This document shows positions 14,976 to 24,515 of a DNA stretch of 56,895 nt, piece by piece. How positions within the stretch are numbered: the stretch's first letter is position 1; each line of letters begins with the position of its first letter. This stretch comes from Oscillospiraceae bacterium (lineage in GTDB: Bacteria > Bacillota > Clostridia > Oscillospirales > Ruminococcaceae), in NCBI GenBank assembly GCA_009778605.1, contig WRJN01000001.1, positions 1 through 56,895 on the forward strand, given 5' to 3'. The notes under the pieces are model-generated. The model was given only the letters and a program-made list of their open reading frames with translations. It made no database searches and was not told the origin of the DNA. The translations under genes were made by a program, and so were the position numbers.

Positions 14976-14996
14976 TTTTGTGCAAGTTGCACAAAA
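14976..14996. promoter_or_regulatory. Palindromic operator-like site TTTTGTGCAA-N-TTGCACAAAA
   Basis: Perfect 10-1-10 palindrome between glgB and purM; similar sites at 30803 and 35856. Confidence 0.55.
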
Positions 14997-15179
14997 TTCC
15001 AAATAATTCCCTGCTTGTGTTAAATATTAAAATGCCTGTCATTATTCTATCACCATAACATTGTACCATACAAAATAAAATTTAGCAACTATTTTTTTGA
15101 AAAGTTATTGCAAATTTTTTCAAGATAGTGTAATATATAGAAGTGACTAATAACGAAGAGATGAGGTAAATGTGCCATT

Positions 15180-16193
15180 ATGACAGCCATCAACAACGAT
15201 TCATATAAAAACGCAGGGGTGGACGTGACTGCGGGCTACAGGTCAGTGGAACTGATGAAGAGCCATGTTAAGAAGACGTTTGTACAAGCAGAGGGCGTTA
15301 TGTCAGACATTGGCGGATTCGGCGGATTGTTCGCCCCCAACCTTTCGGGCATGACTGAACCTGTACTCGTTTCGGGAACAGACGGTGTGGGAACAAAGCT
15401 CAAGCTCGCGTTTATGACGGACAAGCATGACACGGTAGGCATTGACCTTGTGGCAATGTGCGTGAACGACATCATTTGCTGCGGCGCGAAACCGCTGTTT
15501 TTCTTAGACTACATCAACTGCGACAAAAACGTCCCCGAAAAGATTGCCTCGATTGTCAAAGGAATCGCCGACGGTTGCGTACAGTCGGGTTGCGCCTTAA
15601 TCGGCGGCGAAACGGCAGAACACCCCGACATGACCGCCGAAAACGAGTATGACTTGGCAGGGTTCTGCGTAGGCATAGTAGACAAACTCCGAATCATCGG
15701 CAAAACGGCGCAAGCAGGAGACGCACTCATAGGATTGGCGTCAAGCGGCGTACACTCCAACGGATTTTCGCTGATTCGTAAAGTTTTCGCGAACGAACTC
15801 ACCACAGACGCGGCACTCTGCCACGAACTTCTCACGCCTACGACAATCTACGTCAAGCCAATCGCGGCATTGATTAAGAACGTCGGCGTTAAAGGCATTT
15901 CAAACATCACGGGCGGCGGATTTTACGAGAACATTCCGCGTTGTCTGCCAACAGAGTTGACTGTGCGAATCAACAAAACCTCCTACACAGTCCCCGCTAT
16001 ATTCGAGCGTATTGCCCAAACAGGCGGCGTTCCGCAAAACGATATGTACTGCACATTCAACATGGGTATCGGAATGGTAGCCGTCGTTTCACAACAAGAC
16101 GTTGCCAAAGCAATCACCGTTCTCGGTGACAACGGCGTGAACGCGTGGCACATTGGTGAGGTAGTCACAGGGAATGACTTAACTATAGTATGA
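15180..16193 (+). CDS. purM: Phosphoribosylformylglycinamidine cyclo-ligase
   Basis: YKNAGVD, GTDGVGTK, GGETAEHP, SSGVHSNGFSL, TFNMGIG. Confidence 0.96.
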   Translation: MTAINNDSYKNAGVDVTAGYRSVELMKSHVKKTFVQAEGVMSDIGGFGGLFAPNLSGMTEPVLVSGTDGVGTKLKLAFMTDKHDTVGIDLVAMCVNDIICCGAKPLFFLDYINCDKNVPEKIASIVKGIADGCVQSGCALIGGETAEHPDMTAENEYDLAGFCVGIVDKLRIIGKTAQAGDALIGLASSGVHSNGFSLIRKVFANELTTDAALCHELLTPTTIYVKPIAALIKNVGVKGISNITGGGFYENIPRCLPTELTVRINKTSYTVPAIFERIAQTGGVPQNDMYCTFNMGIGMVAVVSQQDVAKAITVLGDNGVNAWHIGEVVTGNDLTIV

Positions 16194-16765
16194 AGAAAGT
16201 TGCTGTATTAGTATCAGGCGGCGGGACAAATTTGCAGGCGTTAATCGACAACGATGTTCCTATCACCCTTGTGATTTCCTCCTGTGACGACGCTTACGCC
16301 CTCACGCGCGCGCAGAAAAACGGCATAACCGCCGAGGTGGCGCAGTGGTCAGAATACAGAGCATTACCAAACGGCAGGGCGGCATTCACCAAGCATATTA
16401 TCGGCATTTTATTACAGTATAACATAGATATTGTTGTTTTAGGCGGTTTCATGGTAATCCTTGACGAGAGCCTTTGCGCCGCTTACCCGCGCGCAGTCGT
16501 GAATGTTCATCCGTCGCTGATTCCTGCGTTCAGCGGCGAGGGGTACTACGGACTGAAAGTCCACAAAGCGGCATTGGCGCGCGGCGTAAAAGTATCAGGG
16601 GCTACTGTGCATTACGTCAACGAAATATGCGACGGCGGTGAAATTATCGCGCAAAAAGCTGTGCCCGTACTGGACGGTGACACGCCCGAAACACTTCAGG
16701 CGCGTGTCATGCAAGTCGAGCGTGAAATCCTGCCTGAAGCAGTGAAAAAAATAATAGAAATATAA
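16190..16765 (+). CDS. purN: Phosphoribosylglycinamide formyltransferase
   Basis: SGGGTNLQA, NVHPSLIP, GATVHYV. Confidence 0.95.
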   Translation: MKKVAVLVSGGGTNLQALIDNDVPITLVISSCDDAYALTRAQKNGITAEVAQWSEYRALPNGRAAFTKHIIGILLQYNIDIVVLGGFMVILDESLCAAYPRAVVNVHPSLIPAFSGEGYYGLKVHKAALARGVKVSGATVHYVNEICDGGEIIAQKAVPVLDGDTPETLQARVMQVEREILPEAVKKIIEI

Positions 16766-17484
16766 TGGTGTATCGTATGAAAACAATCAGCGAAGTATTA
16801 GGCAGTCGTAAATACCCCGGCAGGGGAATCATCATGGGGGTGAGCCCCGACGGCACGAAAATGACCGTCGCCTACTTTATCATGGGCAGGAGCGAGAATT
16901 CCCGCAACCGCGTTTTCGAGGAAACGCCGACCGGACTACGCACGAGGGCGTTTGACGAAAGCAAAGTCACCGACCCCGGCCTGATTATCTACAACCCCGT
17001 GGTGGTCATCGGCGACCGCCTCATCGTCACCAACGGTGAGCAGACCGACCAAATCGCCGCGCTCATGACCGGGCGACATCAGCTCACTTTCGCGCAAGCA
17101 CTCCACTTCAACAAGTTCGAGCCGGACGCACCTATTTACACTCCGCGAATATCGGCGATTATGGGCTGTGATAACCCGCATTACTCGCTGTCAATCAGCA
17201 AAACCGCCGACGGCAACCCCGACTCCTGCCAACGCTTTGTCTACTCCTATGATGAACCTGTCGCAGGTCAGGGGCATTGTATTCACACCTATGGGGACGA
17301 CGATGTAAACCTGCCGAGCTTTTGCGGTGAACCGCATACACTCACTACGCAGGACAATATAGACACGTTCACCGACGAAATCTGGAGCGCGCTGAACGCC
17401 GACAATAAAGTATCGTTGTACACGCGATTCGTGACAATCGAAACAAACGAATACGAAACGAGGTTAATCAACAAATATGAATGA
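16765..17484 (+). CDS. Stand-alone IMP cyclohydrolase (PurO-like Ntn fold)
   Basis: YPGRGI, YFIMGRSENSRNR, IVTNGEQTD, EPDAPIYTPRIS. Confidence 0.88.
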   Translation: MVYRMKTISEVLGSRKYPGRGIIMGVSPDGTKMTVAYFIMGRSENSRNRVFEETPTGLRTRAFDESKVTDPGLIIYNPVVVIGDRLIVTNGEQTDQIAALMTGRHQLTFAQALHFNKFEPDAPIYTPRISAIMGCDNPHYSLSISKTADGNPDSCQRFVYSYDEPVAGQGHCIHTYGDDDVNLPSFCGEPHTLTTQDNIDTFTDEIWSALNADNKVSLYTRFVTIETNEYETRLINKYE

Positions 17485-18421
17485 AATTCAACTTAAATAC
17501 GGTTGTAACCCCAATCAAAAACCGTCGCGAATTTTCATGGAAAACGGTGATTTACCCTTGCAAGTGCTGAACGGCAACCCCGGGTACATCAATTTTATGG
17601 ACGCGCTGAACGGCTACCAGTTAGTGCGCGAGTTAAAGGCGGCTACGGGGTTATGCGCGGCAACTTCGTTTAAGCACGTTTCGCCTGCGGGCGCGGCAGT
17701 CTGCACGACCTTAGTCGTGGCGTATGAAAAAGCGCGCAATGCCGACCCATTATCGAGTTATGGGGACTTTATTGCCTTGTCCGACAAGTGTGACGTTGCG
17801 ACGGCTAACGCTATCAAGCCGTTGGTGTCAGACGGTGTAATCGCGCCTAACTACGACAGTGACGCATTGGAAATCCTCATCACCAAGCGCAAAGGCAACT
17901 ACAACGTCATCAAAATCGACCCTGACTACACGCCCGCACCCATTGAACGCCGCCAAATCTACGGCGTGACGTTTGAGCAGGGACGCAACGAGCTGTTGAT
18001 TGAAAAATCAATGTTAGACAACGTGGTAACGAAACACACCAACATTCCCGACGCCGCCAAGACCGACTTGTTAGTCGCGTTAATCACGCTTAAATACACC
18101 CAGTCCAACTCAGTGGTATACGCCTACAACGGCGTGTCAATCGGCGTGGGCGCAGGGCAACAATCCCGCGTAGCTTGTACACGGTTGGCGGGCGACAAAG
18201 CCGACGACTATTTCAAGCGATTAGGCGTCCCCCAGAGAGGCGTTTCGCTTGCCTCAGACGCATTCTTCCCCTTTGCTGACAACATCGAACGTGCTAAGGA
18301 GAGCGGTGTGGCATACATCGCACAACCCGGCGGCTCTATCCGCGACGAAGAGGTAATCGAAGCCTGCGATAAGCACGGCATCGCTATGGCATTTACGGGC
18401 GCAAGATTATTTCATCATTAG
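17477..18421 (+). CDS. purH: AICAR formyltransferase (PurH C-terminal part only)
   Basis: LKYGCNPNQ, SFKHVSPAG, KYTQSNSV, GAGQQSR, ASDAFFPF, RLFHH. Confidence 0.9.
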   Translation: MNEIQLKYGCNPNQKPSRIFMENGDLPLQVLNGNPGYINFMDALNGYQLVRELKAATGLCAATSFKHVSPAGAAVCTTLVVAYEKARNADPLSSYGDFIALSDKCDVATANAIKPLVSDGVIAPNYDSDALEILITKRKGNYNVIKIDPDYTPAPIERRQIYGVTFEQGRNELLIEKSMLDNVVTKHTNIPDAAKTDLLVALITLKYTQSNSVVYAYNGVSIGVGAGQQSRVACTRLAGDKADDYFKRLGVPQRGVSLASDAFFPFADNIERAKESGVAYIAQPGGSIRDEEVIEACDKHGIAMAFTGARLFHH

Positions 18422-18427
18422 GATAAA

Positions 18428-19606
18428 CTACCCACCAAAAAATCGCCATGTCAGCCGTTTCAATACAAGCCAAAAAGTCACCCTGTCCACCGATTCTGCC
18501 GCCATAACGTACCCCTCATAAATCACTTCGCCACCCAACGTCGCGGTAATCGTACCAACGGGCTGATTCGCCGCAATGGGCGCGGTGATTTCGTCAGGCA
18601 AGTACACCTGCCACTCAATACGCGACGCCTGCCCTCTCGGAATGACGATGACAGGCGGATTTTGTTCTGCTACGGCGACTTGTTGAACAGTCCCGCGAAG
18701 GACGGGCAACGTCAAGCCGACAACGTGCCGCGTGTCTTCTGACTCGCTCACGTCAGGAACGTGCATTTCAAACCCGCCGAACCCCGTATCCAATAAATGC
18801 TCGGATAACGTCAGCCGCGCCGATTCGTCCGCACACCCCAACACAACGCTGATAAGCCGCATATCGCCGCGAACCGCCGCCGCCGCGAGGCAATGCCCTG
18901 CATTGTCAGTCGTCCCAGTTTTCAGCCCCTCAATGCCGTTATAATAGGTAATGAGCTTGTTCGTATTGAGCAGTTGCGTTTCGCGCTCCGTACCCGTGCG
19001 AACGGAACACAGCCGCGTCAACGCGTATTCGGCGAAATAGACGTAGTTCTCCTCACGCATGAGCGCGCGGGACATGATTGCAATGTCCTGCGCGGTGCTT
19101 ACGTGGTCGGCATGGTCTAACCCCGTAGCATTGACGAAATTCGTATTGTTCATGCCCAATACGTGCGCTTTGCGATTCATAAGCGCGACGAATGACGGCT
19201 CACTTCCCGCAACACGCTCCGCAAGCGCGACTGCCGCATCATTGGCAGACGCAATCACCACCGACTTCACTAAATCCGCGACGGTCATGGCTTCACCCGC
19301 GTTCAGCCAAATGGTGGAACCCTCCATTGACGCCGCGTGAGCCGTCGCCGTGACTTCTTCGGAAAGGCTCAACCTCCCCGAATTCAACTCCTCCGCCGTC
19401 AGTAAAAGCAGCATAATCTTAGTCAATGACGCTATGGGCAACCGCTCCCGCGAATTGCTCTGCGCCAGTACCGTGCCCGTTGTCGCTTCAATCAGTACAT
19501 ACGCCGTCGATTGAGGCAGAGGTGTTTCGTCCGTTTCTGCGTGTACGAAACCGGATACGTAAGCCCCCCAAAACAATATCGCCAACAAAAATGCCAATTT
19601 TTTCAT
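18428..19606 (-). CDS. dacF: D-alanyl-D-alanine carboxypeptidase (S11, DacF/DacB-like)
   Basis: SLTK, SAN and KTG motifs; signal peptide. Confidence 0.85.
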   Translation of the reverse strand: MKKLAFLLAILFWGAYVSGFVHAETDETPLPQSTAYVLIEATTGTVLAQSNSRERLPIASLTKIMLLLLTAEELNSGRLSLSEEVTATAHAASMEGSTIWLNAGEAMTVADLVKSVVIASANDAAVALAERVAGSEPSFVALMNRKAHVLGMNNTNFVNATGLDHADHVSTAQDIAIMSRALMREENYVYFAEYALTRLCSVRTGTERETQLLNTNKLITYYNGIEGLKTGTTDNAGHCLAAAAVRGDMRLISVVLGCADESARLTLSEHLLDTGFGGFEMHVPDVSESEDTRHVVGLTLPVLRGTVQQVAVAEQNPPVIVIPRGQASRIEWQVYLPDEITAPIAANQPVGTITATLGGEVIYEGYVMAAESVDRVTFWLVLKRLTWRFFGG

Positions 19607-19641
19607 GTCGTCCTCCCACCAAAAGCAAAAAATACCTTGTA

Positions 19642-19671
19642 CATTTTATGAGGACAAGTGTTTATAATATG
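19642..19671 (-). promoter_or_regulatory. Possible sporulation sigma-E-type promoter for the carboxypeptidase
   Basis: TCATATT-N15-CATAAAAT on the minus strand. Confidence 0.4.
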
Positions 19672-19674
19672 ACT

Positions 19675-20127
19675 ATGACTACTACTATGAATAAAAATAT
19701 TACAGCCGACAAAACGGCACTCATGAAATTTTTTACCCTGTTTTTGGGCGGCGGAATTATATATGGCGGGATTGAAGTTTTGATTAGGGAATACACGCAC
19801 ATCTCCATGATAATAACGGGCGGGCTGTGTTTCGTGTTGATTGGCGCGTTGCGATATTCGCGGCACAATATCCCCGTGACCGTGCGTATGCTCATAGGCG
19901 CGCTGATTATCACCGCGTTGGAATTAGCCAGCGGGTTGATTGTCAATGTATGGTTAGGCTTGAATGTGTGGGACTACAGTTACGAGCGCGGCAACTATTT
20001 AGGGCAAATCTGCCTACGCGCAACGTCGTTCTGGGTGTTTTTGTCCTTCATTGCGGTGTATTTAGACGTGTTTGCGCGGCGCGGTATGTTCAAAGAACGA
20101 ACTTCACCTATGCGGATATTGCCGTAA
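19675..20127 (+). CDS. Putative membrane protein (CmpB-like ABC permease family)
   Basis: YGGIEVLIREYTHISM, LELASGLIVN...WDYS...NYLGQIC; real start lies inside the longer 19426 ORF. Confidence 0.8.
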   Translation: MTTTMNKNITADKTALMKFFTLFLGGGIIYGGIEVLIREYTHISMIITGGLCFVLIGALRYSRHNIPVTVRMLIGALIITALELASGLIVNVWLGLNVWDYSYERGNYLGQICLRATSFWVFLSFIAVYLDVFARRGMFKERTSPMRILP

Positions 20128-20190
20128 TAAACTTGACAACTGATAAATGCTGTGATACAATGTACACATCACAGTAACGGAGGTTGTTTG

Positions 20191-20481
20191 ATGAAGTTTG
20201 AATGGGACTCATATAAAAACGACGAAAACATTGAAAAACACAAAGTTTCTTTCGATATAGCAAAGACTGTCTTTAAAGATAAATTCGCCAAATATCTTTA
20301 TGACGATGAACATTCAAACTATGAGGATAGATTTATTATTATAGGAATAGCGGAAATAATCAACCAATAACTATACGTTTGTTACTGTATGCGTGGCAAA
20401 GATGAAAAAATAACGCGCCTTATATCCGCGAGAAGAGCTACTAAACAAGAAATTCAACTTTATATGGAGGGGAAATTATGA
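20191..20481 (+). pseudogene. brnT: BrnT family toxin with an in-frame TAA
   Basis: MKFEWD..KN..N..KH.VSF, HS.YEDRF; TAA at 20368-20370, then the frame continues LYVCYCMR...RLISARRAT. Confidence 0.85.
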
Positions 20482-20681
20482 GAGAACTGACCGCTGAAGA
20501 CTTCAAAAAAGCGTTACCTAATCCTTTTTATGATAAACTCGTAAAAGAGGTTATAGTGCCGGTAGACCGTGAAGATTACACCATCTTTGAAGAGATAGCC
20601 AAGTCAAATGATGAAAGCCCCGAATCGCTTATGAAACGCTGTTTGCACACTAGTGCGAAACGTCTGCAAGAAACACCCTGA
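20478..20681 (+). CDS. Putative antitoxin (BrnA/CopG-like)
   Basis: ATGA overlap with brnT; DFKKALPNPF and an RHH-like C-terminus. Confidence 0.7.
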   Translation: MRELTAEDFKKALPNPFYDKLVKEVIVPVDREDYTIFEEIAKSNDESPESLMKRCLHTSAKRLQETP

Positions 20682-20686
20682 AATCC

Positions 20687-22918
20687 TCACTCAAACCAAG
20701 CCACTACGCGCGCACTTCCGCGCTTCTCGCCTATGCGCGACAATGCCGCACGCACAACGCCTCTGAACGCAGGGGCGTTCTTGCATTTCACCACTAATCG
20801 CTCCCGAAACATTCCGCCGACATTCCCCGCGCCGCTACGTACAGGCCCGAGTACGCGCACGAACAGCGGCGTTTCGCGCACGGCGTTCACCGCCGTAAGC
20901 TCTTCATTAAACAACAACAGAAACGCTGCCGCCGTGTCCGCAGCCGACTGTTCCACTACGTCGCTTACCTCCACAATGCACAAATCACAAAACGGCGGGA
21001 ACGACAACGCTTGGCGAATCGCCGCTTCCTCTTCATAGAAGCCGCGATAATCCTGATTCGCCGCCAACTGCATGACGTAATGCTCCGGGGTAAACGTCTG
21101 CAAAAACGCAGTACCGCCTTTATCGGCGCGCCCTGCCCGCCCGACGACCTGCGTAATCAGCGAAAACGTACGCTCATACCCGATGTAGTCACCCGCATAC
21201 AAAGAATTGTCAATCAGCAAAATCCCCACCAACGTCACGTTAGGAAAGTCCAAGCCTTTGGCAATCATCTGCGTACCCACCATGATGTCATACTCCTGCT
21301 TGCCGAAACTGCCGAACCCCCGCTCATACGCACCGCGCGTTTGCGTAGTGTCGGCATCCATACGCAAAATACGCGCCGTAGGGAACAGCGTCTGCAACTC
21401 GTCCTGAACACGTTGCGTACCCGTACCCGTACTGCGAATCAATCCGCTCCCGCACTTGCCGCAACGATTGTTACACTGTACCGACAAGCCGCAATAATGA
21501 CAAGACAGGCGGTTGTTGGCTTTATGATACGTCAGCGCGACGCTGCAATGCGGACACATGGCGACCTCTCCGCAAGTCATACAGCAGACGTGAGTGAAAT
21601 ACCCCCTGCGATTAAGCAAAACGAGAGACTGTTCCCCGCGCGACAAGTTACGCTTGAGTCCGTCCAATAACTCGTTACTGAATATCGCGCCTTGTCGTTC
21701 AAACTTCATATCAATAATTCGCACATCGGGCAGACGGTTACCCGAATATCGCTTGTCTAACCTAATTAACGTATATTTCTGCGTGACGGCGCGGCGATAA
21801 CTGTCCATGCTCGGCGTTGCCGACGCAAGCACGAGTAACGCATTATGCCGAAAACAGCGTTGTTTCGCAACGTCCCGCGCGTGATAACGCGGACTGCGCT
21901 CCGATTTGTAGGTATGCTCACCCTCCTCGTCAATGACAATCAGTCCTATATTATCCAACGGCGCGAATACCGCACTGCGCGTCCCGAGTACAATTTTCGC
22001 CTCGCCCGACGCAATACGCCGATACTCGGCAGTGCGGCGGCTCATGCTCAACCCTGAATGAATAATCGCCGCCGTGTCACCGAAATAGCTGTTGAATATA
22101 GCGATTGTCTGCGGCGTCAGCGCGATTTCGGGGACTAATACCAATGCCGACTGCCCCCGCGCCAAACACACCCCCACTAACTTGATGAATACCGACGTTT
22201 TGCCGCTCCCCGTTACGCCGTGCAACAGCGCACACTTAGGCGCGGGCGTGTCCAACAGGTCAAGCAACGTCGCGAACGCGGTTGACTGCTCCTCGTTCAA
22301 ACAGATGTCGTCCGCACTGCGCGAAGGAAGTATGACTTCCTCTTCTTGTAAAACCTCAATTTCCTCAAGCACGCCTTTTTTGACCAAAGTAGTCACCACG
22401 GAAGCCGTCACACCGCAGAGGTAACACAGCTCTTTGACGCTTGCGGAGTTATTCTCCAACGCCTCAATGACGCTGCGCTGTTTAGGCGTGAGTTGCGGCG
22501 GCAATTCTGCAAGCGACAATTGCAAAATCTTATGCGTTTTTAACTTCTCGTCAGGGAGTACCGCGCCACTCTTGAGCGCGGGCGGTAATATACACCGCAC
22601 GGCAGTATAATATGTACAAAACGTATTTTCTTTGAGCCACTCGGCTAACCGCAACATCTCGTCGTTCATATGCGCGGTGTCGTCGATAACCTCGTTTATT
22701 CCTTTAACTCTGAGAGGCTCGTACTCCCGCTCCTCAACGGCGAAAACCATGCCGATAATTTTGCGCGTCCCGCGCCCGAACGGCACGAGTACACGCTTGC
22801 CCGGCGTGACCACCCCGACAAGCTCATAGGGCACTGCATAAGAATAAAGGCGGTCAAAGCTGTACAACGCTTTTTCTACCGCCACTAACGCGACTGTTCC
22901 GGTGATTGGTTCATTCAT
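20687..22918 (-). CDS. priA: Primosomal protein N'
   Basis: GVTGSGKT, VPEIALTPQ, DEEGE, Cys-rich zinc knuckles, QMIAKGLDFP. Confidence 0.96.
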   Translation of the reverse strand: MNEPITGTVALVAVEKALYSFDRLYSYAVPYELVGVVTPGKRVLVPFGRGTRKIIGMVFAVEEREYEPLRVKGINEVIDDTAHMNDEMLRLAEWLKENTFCTYYTAVRCILPPALKSGAVLPDEKLKTHKILQLSLAELPPQLTPKQRSVIEALENNSASVKELCYLCGVTASVVTTLVKKGVLEEIEVLQEEEVILPSRSADDICLNEEQSTAFATLLDLLDTPAPKCALLHGVTGSGKTSVFIKLVGVCLARGQSALVLVPEIALTPQTIAIFNSYFGDTAAIIHSGLSMSRRTAEYRRIASGEAKIVLGTRSAVFAPLDNIGLIVIDEEGEHTYKSERSPRYHARDVAKQRCFRHNALLVLASATPSMDSYRRAVTQKYTLIRLDKRYSGNRLPDVRIIDMKFERQGAIFSNELLDGLKRNLSRGEQSLVLLNRRGYFTHVCCMTCGEVAMCPHCSVALTYHKANNRLSCHYCGLSVQCNNRCGKCGSGLIRSTGTGTQRVQDELQTLFPTARILRMDADTTQTRGAYERGFGSFGKQEYDIMVGTQMIAKGLDFPNVTLVGILLIDNSLYAGDYIGYERTFSLITQVVGRAGRADKGGTAFLQTFTPEHYVMQLAANQDYRGFYEEEAAIRQALSFPPFCDLCIVEVSDVVEQSAADTAAAFLLLFNEELTAVNAVRETPLFVRVLGPVRSGAGNVGGMFRERLVVKCKNAPAFRGVVRAALSRIGEKRGSARVVAWFE

Positions 22919-23537
22919 GACCATCACGCCTGTCAATCTCGCTCAATATTATATCGGCGACTTCGTTGATTGCCGTTTGCAAATCGTCATTAGTAACGTG
23001 ATACTTATAATCACCTGCGTTGGCAAGCTCAATTCGCGCGCGCTGAATCCGCAACTCGATTGTATTATCGTCCTCCGTGCCGCGGCTGACTAACCGTCTG
23101 CGTAATTCCGTCAATGACGGCGGCAGAATAAAAATAAGTACCGCGTCGGGGAACATTCTCACAATGTTCGCCGCGCCCTCCGCCTCAATTTTAAGTATAA
23201 TGTTGCCGCCTTCCTCAATGGTATTCATAATCGTCTTACGGCGCGTTCCGTAATAATTGCCGCAATACTCGGTGTATTCCAAAAACTCGCCTTCGCCAAT
23301 CAGCCGCTCAAACTTTTCTCGCGTAATAAAATAATAGTGGACGCCCTCTTCTTCACCGGTACGCATGGCGCGAGTTGTCGCCGAAACGCTGTAATGCAGT
23401 TTCAGCTTGTTTTTATAAACCTCAAATTCGCTATACTTGCTAAACTCACCGAATTCTCGGAACAATCCATGCACAATCGTATCTTTTCCACACCCCGCAG
23501 GCGCAGATATAACGATTAACATACCTTTTTTATCCAT
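22911..23537 (-). CDS. gmk: Guanylate kinase
   Basis: SAPAGCGKDT, SATTR, YYGT, ILPPSLTEL. Confidence 0.95.
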   Translation of the reverse strand: MDKKGMLIVISAPAGCGKDTIVHGLFREFGEFSKYSEFEVYKNKLKLHYSVSATTRAMRTGEEEGVHYYFITREKFERLIGEGEFLEYTEYCGNYYGTRRKTIMNTIEEGGNIILKIEAEGAANIVRMFPDAVLIFILPPSLTELRRRLVSRGTEDDNTIELRIQRARIELANAGDYKYHVTNDDLQTAINEVADIILSEIDRRDGHE

Positions 23538-23778
23538 TTGTATCTCCTATGGCGTCATCTGACTTATTATATACTCGTACTCGCGCCGACAGTATCACGT
23601 GTCCCGAGTCCATAACATATACGCTCTGTGTTTTCTTTCCGCATGATGCGTCCACCAACAAGTTCTTGTCTTTCGCGGCGGCAATCAGCCGCTTGACAGG
23701 TGCGGCGTCCGCCATAACAATCGCGACTATTCGTGCGGCGTTCAACACGTTGCCGTACCCTATATCAATCATGTTCAT
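23530..23778 (-). CDS. remA: DUF370 / RemA family regulator
   Basis: IDIGYGN, RIVAIV, APVKRL, VDASCGKKT, DSGHVILSA. Confidence 0.85.
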   Translation of the reverse strand: MNMIDIGYGNVLNAARIVAIVMADAAPVKRLIAAAKDKNLLVDASCGKKTQSVYVMDSGHVILSARVRVYNKSDDAIGDTNG

Positions 23779-23780
23779 TT

Positions 23781-24515
23781 TCAGACCGTACCTTTCATGC
23801 CTTTCACACCTTTCATGCACTCCTTAATCAACGTCTCCGCAATCGCGAAATCCTCCGCCGTCGTGATTTTTATATTACGTGTATCACCCTCCACTGCCTT
23901 GACCGACACACCCAACCGTTCAACCAGCATACTGTCATCAGTAACGCCGCAATCATTAAGAGTCTTTCGATACAACTGTAAATCGAACACTTGCGGCGTC
24001 TGTGCCTTATACAATGTCTGTCTGTCAGGCGTACTCACCACAACGCCGTCACGCACTACTTTTACTGTGTCCGTGACTGCCACAACAGGAATAGCCGCCC
24101 TGTGCGGCTCATGAATCAACGCCGCCGCTACGACTTTATCAATCAACACAGGCGTCACCAAAGGTCGCGCGCCGTCATGAATGGCAACAATGCCCGACTC
24201 TGCGGCAATCGCGCTCACGCCGTTCGCCACTGACGCGGCTCGGTCTGCTCCACCCTCCACCACAGTAGCGATAATTCCCGCATTACGGCACCACTCCCGC
24301 ACTGTCGCAACGCGCTCGGGGCGCACAACCACGATAATATCGTCAACGCTGTCCGCCGCCGCGAACGCCTCAAGCGAATAAAGCAGCACAGGCTTGCCCA
24401 CAACGTGCGCGAAAATCTTATCAGTACCGCCTGTCCGCACAGAAACGCCTGCCGCTACAATAACGGCAGTCGTGCTTGCGCGCTTGTCGGCGTCAACCAA
24501 CCGTGTCCGGTTCAT
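23781..24515 (-). CDS. ispD: 2-C-methyl-D-erythritol 4-phosphate cytidylyltransferase (start uncertain)
   Basis: IVAAG, IHDGARP, QTPQVF, TDD, NIKITT. Confidence 0.92.
   Translation of the reverse strand: MNRTRLVDADKRASTTAVIVAAGVSVRTGGTDKIFAHVVGKPVLLYSLEAFAAADSVDDIIVVVRPERVATVREWCRNAGIIATVVEGGADRAASVANGVSAIAAESGIVAIHDGARPLVTPVLIDKVVAAALIHEPHRAAIPVVAVTDTVKVVRDGVVVSTPDRQTLYKAQTPQVFDLQLYRKTLNDCGVTDDSMLVERLGVSVKAVEGDTRNIKITTAEDFAIAETLIKECMKGVKGMKGTV

Noticed and set aside
15000-15179. Purine or ZTP riboswitch upstream of purM
   Set aside because: The likely promoter (15108-15136) leaves only ~40 nt and no aptamer motifs are visible
19426-19674. N-terminal extension of the 233-aa ORF
   Set aside because: It overlaps the divergent carboxypeptidase gene and the promoters; the real start is near 19675
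20368-20370. Stop-codon reassignment or readthrough in brnT
   Set aside because: TAA ends many normal genes in this window; a single nonsense change is simpler
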